This document shows positions 1 through 14,092 of a stretch of DNA of 64,000 nt, one piece after another (within the stretch, counting starts at the first letter, position 1; each line of letters opens with the position of its first letter). The stretch is from Octopus sinensis (lineage: Eukaryota), in contig NC_043010.1 in assembly GCF_006345805.1 (NCBI RefSeq), positions 53,692,001 to 53,756,000 on the forward strand, read 5' to 3'. Both the position numbers and the translations under genes were made by a program. The notes under the pieces are model-generated. The model was given only the letters and a program-made list of their open reading frames with translations, was not told the DNA's origin and made no database searches.

Positions 1-165
1 AGCATTTATCCTTTAATACGAATTTATCTTTATTGACTGATCGTTTAAGTACACTATGATACTTTTTTATGTATCTACATGATTGTTTTTTTACAAGTAA
101 TTCGAGAAACGTTGGTGTATACGCGTGTGTGGTTGTGGGTATATATATATATATAATATATATAT

Positions 166-222
<57 letters not shown>

Positions 223-450
223 TTATATATCCGTATACAAATATATGCACACATACATATATATGCGTGGACATATTCGCATACACACATACATATATTA
301 TATGTATGTATATTAAGTATACACACACACACACAATATGTATATATATATATATATATATATTTATACATATATACATTGTATATACATGTATACAATG
401 ATATATGTTTGTGTGTCTGTCTATCTATCTATGTATGTATGCATGTATGT

Positions 451-488
<38 letters not shown>

Positions 489-1286
489 TATATATATATA
501 TATTATATATATATATATCGTGTTCCAGTTTTCATCACGTCCACCTGATATATTTCTTTTTTTTTGCGTATTCTATGTTTTATTACAATATTTACATATC
601 TTATTTCTTTAAATTCCTTACTGTAATTGTACACTTTTCATATAAATGTAAAAAAGGAATGCGGGCGGAAATAGGATTAGATATGTTTCAACAGGTCGTT
701 CCTGCCTTCTTGCTCTGTTATTCTTGTATTAGTATATTATACACACACACAGATCCATATATATTCGGAAGTATCACGTTTACTGTGAGCCGTACGTGCG
801 GTAATGACACCTCAATATTATATATATATATATATTATATATATATATAATATATATATATTATATATATATATATATGCATACACACGCACTTATATAT
901 ATATTTTAGACATATTCACGCAGGCGCATTCTAACACACACTCACTTGCATATATAAAAAACGTGTAATATCAATGGCTGTTATCTAGAAAGTTATAAAA
1001 GTCTACGAAGTCAAATCTGAATAAATAAAAATTTCAAGAGAATTAATTTGAGTTGTATCATATGTAAAATATACATAGATCAAATCAAAAGCAAACATAA
1101 AAAAATGAACGATTCTTCTTCTTATTATTAATACTTCTTGAAAAGCATTAATAAGGTCTTTGTTTCTTTTGTGTGTGCATATCTTTAAATTTCCTATGTA
1201 CTTTTCCATATAATGTTCTGACTCCCATCGCTCTGTGTCCCTCTGATTTCCTTCCCTCCATTTCTCTCTCTATGTATTAATCACTC

Positions 1287-1672
1287 TCTATATAAAGGTG
1301 AAGTTGTCTGTGTATGGCAGGTTTGGTAGCCTTCAACTAACGCTATCTCCTCCGAGACCTTGCGACGCGAGTTGACCAAAATTGAAAGTATGGTAGAAGA
1401 AGGCTTGCTCTTCCTTCCGTAGAAAATAAAATTCAAATCAGACCATGTTAAGACCTAAAATTATTTACATCAAAAGGTGCGTTTTTATAATGAAAATTCC
1501 TATTTTTTACGATTTCTATGACTGCTTCGTCGCCATTTTTCGGTGTACTTCAACCAGAAAAATGTTCACTTAAAGGGAATAACAAGCTACATAATGCATA
1601 TATTTTACTTTTCAAAAATTGCAATTCTAAAGGGTCGAAACAAAGCCGAGCAACCCCTGCTGATACTGCTAG
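1287..1672 (+). mobile_element. Non-autonomous Helitron-like element
   Basis: 5' end TCTATATAAAGGTGAAGTTGTCTG; 3' end ...GCCGAGCAACCCCTGCTGATACTGCTAG followed by T. TC...CTAG termini with a GC-rich subterminal segment are typical of Helitrons. No coding capacity. Confidence 0.6.
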
Positions 1673-1688
1673 TATATATATATATATA

Positions 1689-1810
1689 CCGGGGTAAACA
1701 CATAAATGTGAAACAAGGTGGAAAAAAGAGTACTCAAATACTTAAAAGCAGCAGAAATCCAACAAAACCTGTTACTCGTTTCACGTTCCCGTTCGTCGGA
1801 GAGTTTTCTT
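1689..1810. mobile_element. Penelope-like terminal (pseudo-LTR) fragment with a minus-strand hammerhead-like motif
   Basis: Two modules, both recurring at 57146-57260. The minus strand reads CCGACGA-ACGGGAACGT-GAAA-CGAGUA-ACAGG (core at 1793-1799). Confidence 0.55.
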
Positions 1811-1835
1811 AAAATGCAGCTTTTAGTAATGTGTA

Positions 1836-1905
<70 letters not shown>

Positions 1906-1915
1906 TAATATAATA

Positions 1916-1956
<41 letters not shown>

Positions 1957-2159
1957 CTATGTATGTATATATATATATATATATGTATGTATATATATAT
2001 ATGTGTATGTATGTACATATAGATATAACTATATATGTATATGTATATATATATTTTACTGCTTACTCGATTTGAAGACCCTTCGTATTGTCTAGTATTG
2101 TCTTTTCATGTTATTGTATGTCATTTTATGTTGTCTTATGTAAGCCCCTGTGGCTAATA

Positions 2160-2313
2160 AAGAAATAATAATAATGATAATAATAATAATAATTATTATT
2201 ATTATCATTATTATCATCATTATTATTATAATTATTATTATTAGTAGTAGTAGTAAGTGTATTTGTATCAGTATTAGCTGTAATAATAGTAGTAGTAGTA
2301 GCAATAGTAGTAT

Positions 2314-2345
<32 letters not shown>

Positions 2346-2369
2346 ATAGTAGTAGTAGTAGCAGTGGTG

Positions 2370-2414
<45 letters not shown>

Positions 2415-2430
2415 ATAGTAGTAGTAATTA
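2160..2430. repeat. Compound trinucleotide microsatellite (TAA/TTA, TAG, GGT)
   Basis: Directly visible; it explains the poly-I/poly-S/poly-T ORFs. Confidence 0.95.
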
Positions 2431-3074
2431 TTGTTCTTTTAGGAGGAGGTGTAGTAATCGTAATCGCTGTTTTTGAAAGTAGTGGTTTCGTGGTAGGAAA
2501 TGTATTCCTTTCTGTAACGAATTTGCATTCGTTTACCTTCTTCGTTAAAATTACAGTACAGTTGCGTGACCTTCCTAATAATATATTTCCGGATTCCAAT
2601 CGCCAGAATTTTTCTTCCAATCTGCGTGAGGAGGTACCAATCTTAAGAATAATTATTAGTATTCGAATTAGTAGCAGATGTTCAAGAGAAATTGATATTA
2701 CTCTAGTCGTGTTTATTGAGACGGCAACATCTATTCATGTTTTGTTTTCTTCGGAGGTCGTTCTCCCAACCGCCCACTCCCCGGCTCCCCACTTCTACTT
2801 TATCATCACTCGCATTGTCCTGAAACCGTCTGATACATCTGGTGAGGTTTTCCATGAAATGTCAATGCACACAGACAGATTCACTCAAACGTTCACATAA
2901 ACAATGAAAACCATCGATTACCGTATTCACTCATTCAACCGTAGCAAATACGCATAAATTATCGCGCGCATGTGTTCACACACAAACACACACACACACA
3001 CACATGCATACATATAGACGCCCATGGGCATATGGCGTAGTGGTTAAGAGCGCGGGCTACTAACTTCAAGGTCG

Positions 3075-3256
3075 CCATGATAGATCGTTAGCCACTACAC
3101 ATTTTTTTCTCTCCTTGTTTTTTCTGCGTCCCTTTCTGTAGAAGAGCGTAGGCTCGAAACGTAAAAGACTTTTTCTATTCCTGAGCGTTATACTAATACA
3201 TCTGTTTGTTTTGTACACCACCTGTCTTCGTCTTTTGATTTTTTCGTAAACTCCCC
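3075..3256 (+). mobile_element. Penelope-like pseudo-LTR repeat with minimal hammerhead-like motif, copy 1
   Basis: Shares GAAGAGCGTAGGCTCGAAACGT and flanks with 13182-13390 (+) and 27010-27197 (-). Motif: CTTT-CTGTAGA-A-GAGC GTAG GCTC-GAAA-CGTA-AAAG. Confidence 0.6.
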
Positions 3257-3954
3257 CCTATATATATATATATATATATTTAAAAAAGGAGATGTGGAAC
3301 ACGAGTTGTGATATATAAAAAAGGAAATGAAGAAAATACTGACAAAATAATTTAAGTAATTTAAGTAATTTAATTAGATGAAAGTTCTTTTTGCCGGTTG
3401 CGCATTTGTTATGCTTATCAAAAGATAATTTTTTAAAGAGAGATAGAGTTCTTTTCTGATAGATTTTTTCCTCTTATATATATATACTGGTAAACGCAGT
3501 AGTCCTTTGAACAGTTTAAGTTTCTTTGGTGGCAATCTTTTCACCAAACGATTTGAGTACCGTGGAGGTTTATGGGTAGCACGGCAACCTATGTTTACGA
3601 ATAACTGGTTATTGCACTTCAATAATCATAGAACATATAAATTTGCAAGCGATGGAAAGTAAAGCTACTGATGTGTTTTGTGAAGAGATTACGAATAACG
3701 ACTACAAAATATAGTTGTTCTACATCAAAAAGAAAAGGTATAATGGAATTGAAGGAAGATGTTGAAATTACTTCTCTGCGAGTTTATACTTATTTTTTTC
3801 ATCAGGAAAGGGAGCTATTTTGTTCAGAACGATAAGCTAACAAAAGCCCCTTTTTCTGTCTTCCTACATAGCCTGCAAATAAACTAATAGCGAATAAACT
3901 AATAAACTAATAGCGAATACTGAATTATTATTATTATTATTATTATAGGCTTAG

Positions 3955-4198
3955 TGCTCATCACTAACATCCACACATCCAAATTTGTGGAGACTATTCA
4001 TTGCCATTATATCTGGGGAAGGATTAAGCTAGAGAAAAAAATTGCACACGTTCGATGTCGAGACTAAAAAAAGAACCAAAAAAAGAGAAGAAAAAGACCT
4101 ATCAAATTATTGACGCACGACTGAAGATGCTAGTTCAGGAATATCAAAATGGAAACCCTCTAGAATTTTTAGGAAGTATTGCACAAAATTTGTGTTAA
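3955..4198 (+). pseudogene. Mutator-like (MULE) transposase C-terminal remnant
   Basis: Translates (with frameshifts) to ...KTYQIIDARLKMLVQEYQNGNPLEFLGSIAQNLC*, resembling the C-terminal end of animal MULE transposases (..Y..ID.RL..LV..Y....L.FL..IAHN). Confidence 0.6.
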
Positions 4199-4734
4199 AA
4201 AAATTTTAATAAATTTTAAAAACATGAATTAAACTTTCTTCACCTCACTCTGCTTCACAATGCACTTGCTGTTATTTTTTATCCCATTGTTATAATAAAA
4301 TATGTGCTAAAATTTAATCTTTCCGTTCTTTATCCCGAATTATATTATTTTTGAAATTTTGTAACGAGACTTTTTTATAGATTCTTTCTCGATGGGTCTA
4401 CATTAAAGGGATCTCATCTGATTCAAGATTATAAAGATTATTTACGCTTCCAGTGGTGGATTGGATCTGTCGTCTTCGAAATAGCTTTCTTCTTTCTAGC
4501 CTTGAGAAGACTAATTTCTTAAGGTTGGTATTTAGGCAATGTGTTACACGACCCAGGGCCTCAATAATTACAGATAGAAACCTGAAGTTGTAATATGGAT
4601 AGAGTAACTGCAGATTTCACAATATTTCAGCGTAGGTATTCTCTTTACCATTCATATTCAGTCTTACTTTTATGTATGAATGTATGTATGTATGTATGTT
4701 TGTATGTATTTATGTATACTTTTTACTCTTTAAT

Positions 4735-4971
4735 CTTTTACTTGTTTCAGTTATTTCACTGCAGCCATGCTGGAGCACCGCCTTTAGTCGAGCAAATCAA
4801 CCCCAGCACTTATTCATTGTAAACCTAGTACTTATTCTATCGGTCACTTTTGCCGAACCGCTAAGTTACGGGGACGTAAACACACCAGCATTGGTTGTCA
4901 AGCGATATCGGGGGCACAAACACAGACACACAAACATATACACACTCTACACACACACACACACACACACA

Positions 4972-5003
<32 letters not shown>

Positions 5004-5178
5004 GTAGATAGATATATATATATATACATATATACGACGGGCTTCTTTCAATTTCCGTCTACCAAATCCACTCACAAAGCTTTGGTCGGCCCGAGGCTAT
5101 ATAGTAGAAGTCACTCGCCCAAGGTGCCATGCAGTGGGACTGAACCCGGAACTTACCACACAGCTACTCCTGCGCCTA
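4735..5178 (-). mobile_element. Composite tRNA-derived CORE-like SINE (octopus OR-like)
   Basis: Reverse complement of the element at 33376-33790: tRNA-like head, CORE-like ACCTTGGGCAAGTGTCTT, internal CA/TA microsatellite, conserved 3' half. Confidence 0.85.
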
Positions 5179-5685
5179 TGTATTTATGTATGTATGTATG
5201 TATATATGTATGTATGATTGTATGTATTACGATTTTATTTTAGTGAGATTACACTACCGTGATATTTTTTTGAGTTTGAGTGAAGGAATTCGCTCAACTC
5301 TATCTAAACCCGCAAGTAAATGATTAAATGCTTCACACTTTTGAAATACCTCTCTAATATATTTTCGGATCTGAATATCAAATTTCTAGGATTTCTAACG
5401 CCAACCGACATAAATATCAATCACACGGCACGCTCGCAGCATGTTATTACATTTAAACATTCTCAGCTGACAGTAATTAGTGCTTTAATGCTAAGATAAT
5501 TGTCTTTACAAATATCCATCATGCTTTGAACGGGACTCCTGCTCGGTACTAAATAAGATGTGTTTCATAAATCCAAAGCAGGTCATTATAGGAGACGTTA
5601 TTATTTTCCCCAAAATTAGAATGTAGATAAAAGAGTGATCTGTGGAGAAATCTTTAAAAAAAAACTATCTTTGTGCTCCGTACGG

Positions 5686-5727
<42 letters not shown>

Positions 5728-6003
5728 CACCAATATTTTGCGGAAAACTAAATAATTAATGGAAGCTGATAGAAAGAGAGTTGTATGTCGTTCGTAATCT
5801 CTATTTGACGTACAGCTGTGACCTTTAATATTCAGTTACAGTCATCCATACTTCGAGCCATCGATGGATCATTTACGTGGTCCAATCTTCTATTAGAAAT
5901 AGCGACTGTATCTATCTCAACCTACTGCCGGCTGGCTTAGTTAATGGCATACGTTGGATAACACAGTACGTTTCTAAATTTTATCCGTAGAAACGCACCT
6001 GTT

Positions 6004-6039
<36 letters not shown>

Positions 6040-6537
6040 GTTGCACTATACAAACAGAGATATCATATAGTTATATGATATCATCAATATTTCTGCTGCT
6101 TGATTTGCTAAACATAGCGATCAAATCCTCTTTGAATACCCTCACTTTTCTTGCAAACGATATATTTGATAAGGTATTCCTATCTGCTATTCCTGAAAAA
6201 GACGACAGGGCTTTTGCCTAAAGAGTAGCAGTACGTACAATAATAACAGCAGAAACCTCGATAACGTCCTGGATTTTGCTTTCGAATTTTGGCACAAAGC
6301 AAGCAATTTCTGGGGAGTGGGTAAGTTGATTACGTCGACCCCACTGATCAATTGGTACTCATTTTATCGATCCCAAAAAGATGGACGTCTAAGTCGATCA
6401 TGCCGGAAAAAAGATTCTGAATGTTAACAAATACATTTCACCCCATACACGTCAACGCCTATTTGTAATTATCTCAAAAATGTTAAAACCAGACAAAGTG
6501 AATTATGTAAAGAGAACAGTTTAGTCTGCACAATTAT

Positions 6538-6745
6538 TTACCTATTTCTTTATTACCCAGAAGGGGCTAAACACAGAGGGGACAAACAAGGACATACATA
6601 GGTATTAAGTCGATTACATCGACCCCAGTGCGTAACTGGTACTTAATTTATCGACCCCGAAAGGATGAAAGGCAAAGTCGACCTCGGCGGAATTTGAACT
6701 CACAACGTAACGCAGACGAAATGCCGCAAAGCATTTCGCCCGGCA
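6538..6745 (-). mobile_element. SINE, OK/Meta-domain-like family
   Basis: Reverse complement of the consensus GCCGAGGTCGACTTTGCCTTTCATCCTTTCGGGGTCGATAAATTAAGTACCAG, which recurs more than 12 times in the window. Confidence 0.9.
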
Positions 6746-7694
6746 CAATTATTTACCGTTAATGATAGGTGGAATGTCGGAGCCCATTGTTCTTCATTGC
6801 CTCAAAGCGTTTGATACAGTAGAAACGTAAAAGTTATTTTCAAAACAAGACATCCTCCGAAACTTTGTACCAAACTTATCGCACAAAGACGGAACGTAAA
6901 GCGCAAGGGGTGGTGTTAAACCGGACGAGACATTAAGTACATAATCCAAAAACTAAGAATATTAAGAGCCGAATACAAACATCGCAATCTATCTGGTCGG
7001 ATGATGTACTAATACTTTCAATGAACTGTCATTTCTTGGTACTTTATTTTATGAAGCCGGGTAAAACTGGTTTTTAAATCAGAGCTTAGAGAGGAACACC
7101 ATAAACTAATATAAGACGATTTACATAGCTCCTTAACATATTTGCCAACTGGCTGACAGACATTTGTAATACGATTTTCACAGTGAAAATACAGAAACGC
7201 GATTCTTTATTTTCTTTCTCTTTCGACTTGTCTCTATCTCCGTGTCTATCCAAATATTTGAATTTAGCAATGGAATCTAGCCAAATACCCCTTACTATAC
7301 TGTTGGTTATGCAGTAAAATGCAGAACTATTATATTACATAAATGTATTCAAGGAGTTGAGGGATAGAATTTAAAATGCATTGATCCTATTTTCAATCCA
7401 TCACAATAAATTGCCGAAACGTGCTGTATTCACTGTGTGCATCCACGGTAAAGAATGAAGTGTTTGCTTCAAGGGATAATTCGCTGCCGTTTCTGTAAAG
7501 TCAAGGAACTGTGTACCATTATCGTCCTTAGCATAAATCAACAGTTATGAGAGACAGTCATATGAGAATTAGGTTTCTACCCACTGTTCACGATATCAAC
7601 GGAATTAAATACTAGTTTGTTAGGTTCGTACGAATGTTATTTAAGGAAAATATTTTTGTATAGATTACTGTGACATTAGATCTTTACAATGTTT

Positions 7695-7970
7695 AGGAAA
7701 TATTATGGATGTTTGGGGTAACATTACTCGACGGAGTGCTCAGAGATCAAGACTCTCTCCAGGACGAGAGATCGTGTGATTACAACATCGCAGAAGATAA
7801 TGTTAGACGGATTCTTCAAGTCGAGCGAGCCAGCAGAACTTGCGGCAAACCAAGAACAAAATTGTTGGATATTAGCCATAGTTTCAGACTGCCATGTTTA
7901 GGAAAGCAGCCGGAAAGTCTAAAGACGGTTGCTTCAAAGAGAGACGCCATGGAAGAGGTATTTCAGAACT
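7695..7970 (+). pseudogene. RTE-clade LINE 3' remnant
   Basis: WMFGVTLLD... and GKPRTKLLDISHSFRLPCL resemble the RTE C-terminal motifs MLRWMCGVTRLD and RGRP.TRW.D. Confidence 0.6.
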
Positions 7971-8032
7971 CTACCCTCTCGACCTCCACAGGAAGAGTGG
8001 GCGGGAAGATGAATAGGGGGAAGTGGTACTTA

Positions 8033-8266
8033 AGGCGGCGAGCTGGCAGAAATGTTAGCACGCCGGGCGAAATGCTTTGCGGTATTTCGTTTGCGTTACG
8101 TTATGAGTTCAAATTCCGCCGAGGTCGACTTTGCCTTTCATCCTTTCGGGGTCGATAAATTAAGTGCCAGTTACGAACTGGGGTCGATGTATTCGACTTA
8201 ATACCTATATCTGTCTTTGTTTGTTCCCTCTGTGTTTAGCCCCTTGTGGGAAATAAAGAAATAGGT
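8033..8266 (+). mobile_element. SINE, OK/Meta-domain-like family, full length
   Basis: GGCGGCGAGCTGGCAGAAATGTTAGCACGCCGGG head, GAGTTCAAATTCC B-box-like motif, Meta-like core, AAAGAAATAG tail. Confidence 0.92.
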
Positions 8267-9938
8267 ACTTCAAGCAAATGTAGTTAATGTGGGAAGACTT
8301 GTGTAAATCCGGTGTTCTGAGATCAATCCATACATAGAGAAAGAAATGAGAGATTTCTGTATATTGCAGCTGTAGTGAAAGCGTAGTGAAATGTGTAATA
8401 ATGTTCATGGATACCGGAAAGTTACACTATGTGTAAAACATACAAATATATACATCTTTGTGGTGGGTATTTCCACCATCTCTCTGAGCATAAACCGTAG
8501 GTCTTCCAAACTGGGAAAGGATCTGGACAGGACTGTTGCGGTTGTGACGCAAATTTCTTAATCACTCAACAAGAGTGTACCATATATTTTAGATAATATT
8601 TCTTTAAACTACAAAACATGGATTTGAAGGTTGTAGACAAGTTTATAATGGAAGGCAAGGTTTACGATAGTGGGAGAATATCGCCTTCCTCCATTATCTC
8701 TTTTTGTTCTTCGGGAAGTTCAGGCTCCGGCAGACGAAGAGAGAAGACTTCAAGTACAAATGCAATTTACAACTGGTTTATTTACAGGATTCACAGGATA
8801 GGGGAAGTGTGCTGCTCTCAGCAACCATCTTTGGGCTGCGTGCGTTGTGTAGTAGCTCCGTTAATGCGGGCGCATCGCCTCTGGAGATACAACATACAGA
8901 CAGGCCCTGCTAGTGGAGAGCAATCAGTAAGCGCTGTAGCTAAGAGGCAGAAAGTATAAGGCTGAATCTGTTTCTGTCTTGTCCTTACATATAGTTTGCC
9001 ATCGCGAGCCTCGTTGTGATATCGCGCATCGCAAATGGCTGCAAATGAAGTTTCGCTCTAGTGCCGGAGATGGCAATTGCTGTCGCGAGATCTCATCAAA
9101 TATGGCACTGAATGCTTGTGCCGCCACAAGATTCTGAACTTGTAGAAGGGATATTAGAAGGTATAGTGGATCTTATATATTAAGAAACATTATTGAAAAC
9201 GTAACTGAAATCAAATGGCAACAAAAAAGTCTTGAAACCGTATTGAAGAATATTTCTCACGGATAACTTACCGCGTGCTTTCCAGCGGTCATCAATGATT
9301 GATGACAAAAATACACTTAAAAAAATGGGTTTTTGAAGTAGTATCTATTAAGTTTGATAAATATTTTATCAACTATCATCCATCTAAAGAAAACAAAAAC
9401 ACTGAAGACTGAAGAAAAGAAAACGCCAAAAATAAAGTTAAATTGCTCAATATCAAGAACAGTAACAACAAAGATAATATGAAATGGTCACGAACTAATA
9501 TTTGATATGAAACAGAGAATTAGAGTTTCAAAAAAAATAAAAAAACAAACAAACAAACTAGTATTTGAGATTTTAATATGATTATCATATCTTAATTGGA
9601 TAAGTGCTTAAATATGTAGGGGAGAAGAGATATATGCTGTCACATATCGATTGATTAATGAAAAATGGTCGGAAGTGGGAAATAACAAATTTTCTTCTTA
9701 TAATTATTTCAAATTTCATTGTCTGTATACGTTTAAACGCAAACACGTATATACACACTCAGGCAAACAAATGCAGATTATGAGGTAAAAAAGAAAGATT
9801 TATATTTGTTTCTGTGTAGCTTTAGACATGAATACAGACATAAATACATACATACACACGAACACGCATAGATATGATAAAATTTATATAATTCAATTGA
9901 ATATAATAACAAAAACAATAATAATAATAATAATAATA

Positions 9939-10000
<62 letters not shown>

Positions 10001-10394
10001 TCTTTCTACTATAGCTACAAGACCTGAAATTTTGTGGGAGGGGGCCAGTGGGTTACATCGACTTCAGTACGCCACTGGTACCTAATTTATTTCTTTCCTC
10101 AGTCGAGTTCCAGATTATCTTTGCAATTTCGTCTGGTTATACATGAGTTTGCTCCAATCTGGCCAACCCTAAGTGAAAACTAAGGTAAGACCACTAGATT
10201 CCTTGGAAGAAAGCAGCGAATGTATACGAAAACAAGAACGGAAAAAAACGGAGAAATGGTAGAAAAATACAAATGCAAATAACAGGATATTAATAATAGG
10301 TGTCTTTCGACTAAAGACGAACTAAATAAAGCTGGCGTGTGAAAGTGAAGCCTTACAGCAGGGACATGGGAGATGACAGGCATGAGGGGGAATA

Positions 10395-10660
10395 TAGATG
10401 TTGCACGGATGGTAGTCGAACCAAGATTTTGTCTGATTCTGCTGTCTGTTCTGCAGTCTAAATCTGTATTCTTGGCTAACTTTGCTCTAATTCATTTTCC
10501 GTATTCATTAGGTCTTTCCAATATGGTACATTGAATTTCATTCCCAAAATCTCCTTCCTTTCTCGAAATACCTCTTTCCGAATTCTTACCCTCTCCCCCG
10601 TACACTCCCACTCTCCTATTCGTACTTGTTCTTCTTCATCACTCCCTCCTCTTCCTTCTT
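10395..10660 (+). pseudogene. Possible RNase H remnant of a non-LTR retrotransposon
   Basis: EYRCCTDGSRTK resembles the YTDGS motif of RNase H in I/R1-type LINEs; the downstream part is too decayed to confirm. Confidence 0.3.
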
Positions 10661-10794
10661 CACATTCTTCCCCTTTTCTTCTATTGTATGTTATAAATGT
10701 CCATACACTCTGGCACAATACGGACAACACGCATATAAACGTGTCTCATAAAACACAGATACAAACACACAGGAAAACACACAGACACAGCGGC

Positions 10795-10853
<59 letters not shown>

Positions 10854-13006
10854 CATACACACATACATGAATACATACATACTTACACACATACATACAT
10901 ACATATATGCATACAAACATACATACATTCAAACATACACAAACGCATCATCCAGTGAACGTTTGGGTACAGCCGCATACACACGAATATATATACACAT
11001 GTATACACAAATACAGATACGAAAATTGCACAAACTCATACACACACACACACATACACAGAGTCATTGGCATACGCTCATACGCAACAAAAACTCCCAT
11101 AGAGACAAAAAATTCGATAGACAAAAGCAAGGACATTTGCAACATAAAAAATACTAACGCGTCACCATCAACACCATCAACAATAAAAAACAACAACAGC
11201 AAAAGGCAAAACAGCAACAACAACTATAAATATAACAACGTTAACGATTGCAATGACGACCGACCATCGCGCTGTACACACAAAGACACATAATCAGAGA
11301 CAACCATGGCAAACATTACTAGCAGAATCTAAACAAAGAACCAAAACATCTGCTTGTCAGTTATAAATTTTTAACTCTAGAATATCACCAACACAATAGT
11401 TCTCAATACGAAAACCACTTGTCTCTTTCAAGCAAATTCTTATGAATTTCCATAGTAATTGTATAGCATATCTATAGGGCCATTAGTGATATATATGTAT
11501 ACATACATACATACATACACACAAATGTATGCACATGCACACAGACATTCAAACACAGTCATAAACACACATTTCTATGCGTATGTATCCATATATAAAT
11601 ATGTGTGTGTTTGTATATATATATATATATATATATACATACATACATATATATGTATTAATAGTTACTGAAAGCCAGTGTCTTTGCTCTTGGTAATGGT
11701 ATTTGGGGTAATTTTTGTTGACTTTGTCAGTTTGTCATTGGGTAGGAAGGTATATACATGTGTGTACACATATATATATATATGGCAGGGCCGTTCAGGA
11801 CTTTTAGGGGACCTCCTGCAATTTTTTGTTTCGAGGCCCCATCTCTTCAAACAAAATTCATAATCTACGCACCTTTATTATCTGCAAAAATCAGACGTAG
11901 TACTTTACAGATTGTTGTGTTTAAGAATCAGCACAGCACACTGCTGTAATGATTCAAGAATACAACATATAAAAACAAAACTAACGTTATATCATTTTTC
12001 TAACCCTCTGCACATGGATAGCTACACACACACACGTACATACACATACACAAACGTACGTGCGTGCGTGCGTGCGTGTGTGTGCGCGCGCACGCCATAT
12101 TTTTGGTGCAGAAAGACATTTGTCTCCAGTTTTTTTATTTCTTTAGGAGGTGAAAGGCCATATCCTGGGTACAAAGTAACCAGCTTTTCAACAACGTCAA
12201 ATCACAACGCCATATATATATATAGCATCGGTGCCGATGCTATACTCATCATCTATTTTATATAATTTCTCCATTATACACACACACACATATATATATA
12301 ATCAAAATAAGCAACAACAATGACTCCGGTAATTTGATACCATCGTTTCTTACTACATCATTTTATTAAATGTTGTAAGTATTACAACAATTTTAAAATG
12401 CTGAGCACTCTCAGCCAATTATAGAGGTTTTCCATTAATACAAACATTTGAATCTAAAGTTTTGCATATATATATATTTTTTTTTTTGCATATATATAAG
12501 TAAGTATGTACATGCAATCATATGAATATGTATACACACACACGAATGCACGCCACTACGAATATTCGCATAGGCTGCCATTTTAATTATGTAATAGCGG
12601 TAAAATGGCGAATGATGTTACAGATGGCTATGCGTATTAATGTATCATCTAAGAGCTTATGTTACATTGCCTCTAATTGATAAATTTTGAAGAGTAACTA
12701 ATAGGTGTGTACGGCCAATTAAAACAAAAATTGTTATTTATTTTCGCACCTGAAATACACAGACACACCCCTGCATGAATTCACGCATCCATACATGCAC
12801 AAATGTACACACACACACATGTATACAAGTAAATACACACACAAGATTAAATGTCACGATATGATAGAAATTTGGTTAAGACTGTTTTAAAGAGACAGCA
12901 CAAAGTAAGTTGGAAGTAAACCAATAAAAATTAAACGCACACAAATCAGGACTTTCAGATATTTACGATATTTTCGTTTTAAAAAGCCAAAAGCAAACAA
13001 AAAAAA

Positions 13007-13069
<63 letters not shown>

Positions 13070-13081
13070 TATATATATAAT

Positions 13082-13125
<44 letters not shown>

Positions 13126-13181
13126 TATATATATATAATATAATATATATATATATATTATATATATATATATATATATAT

Positions 13182-13390
13182 CGCCATGTTGATTCGTTAG
13201 CTACTGCACGCATTTTTTTCTCTCCTTCTTTCTGTGTTTTTCTCTCTCTGTGTATCTTTCTGTTGAAGAGCGTAGGCTCGAAACGTTAAAGACTTGTTTT
13301 ATTTATATTTCCTGAGCGCCATACTAATACAATGTTCGTTTGTTTTCCACCTGCCTTCGTCTTTTGTTTATTTTCATAAAGCTTCCCGTT
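13182..13390 (+). mobile_element. Penelope-like pseudo-LTR repeat with minimal hammerhead-like motif, copy 2
   Basis: TCTTT-CTGTTGA(13260-13266)-A-GAGC GTAG GCTC-GAAA-CGTT-AAAGA; homologous to 3075-3256. Confidence 0.6.
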
Positions 13391-13567
13391 ATATATATAT
13401 ATATATATATATCACATTGATCACCTTGACCGACCATTCCGTCGGGCGTCCATTTGACACCACTGGTCACAACACACTATCCACTCCTCTCTGGATCGCG
13501 CCTTTCTCATCCAGTGATCCCAATAGTCCTCCTGAAATCGTGACTCTACTGTTACGTTACACATAAA

Positions 13568-13637
<70 letters not shown>

Positions 13638-14092
13638 TGTATGTGTAACGTAACAGTTTAGAAAAAAACAATTGGTTTAATATCTAGCGTGAACTAGATA
13701 GCTCTTCAGTTTCTCTAAACGTTAACTCTTCTCTGCAAAGAATGTTTTTTAAAACACATAAACAATTAAATACAAGCACACGGTTAAATACAGACACACG
13801 CACACACACAAAAATATAGATATACATATGGATATGTATTCACGTGTGTATGAAGAGTAGGAGATTTTTTTTTTATGTTGCATTTTAGAATCATCACTGC
13901 AGAGTTCTGTCATGATTCTAAACTACAACAATCTGTAAGAGACTATGTTCGAAATGTGAATATCTGAGTAACTGCATGTCCTAGGCAAACGAAATTAAAT
14001 AAGCTTCACGTTGAACAGTACAAGATTTATTTATCGAAATACCAACAAGAGATTCAGTAGGATGTATATTTTATAACCGATTTCAGAAACCA

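Noticed and set aside
75-900. Numerous ORFs rich in YI/IY, VC, TH, poly-S/T/V (here and throughout the window)
   Set aside because: They are translations of (TA)n, (CA)n, (TAG)n and (ATCT)n microsatellites, which lack stops in some frames.
8618-9127. CpG-richer stretch with overlapping short ORFs
   Set aside because: No frame stays open and there is no clear motif; probably an unidentified decayed transposable element.
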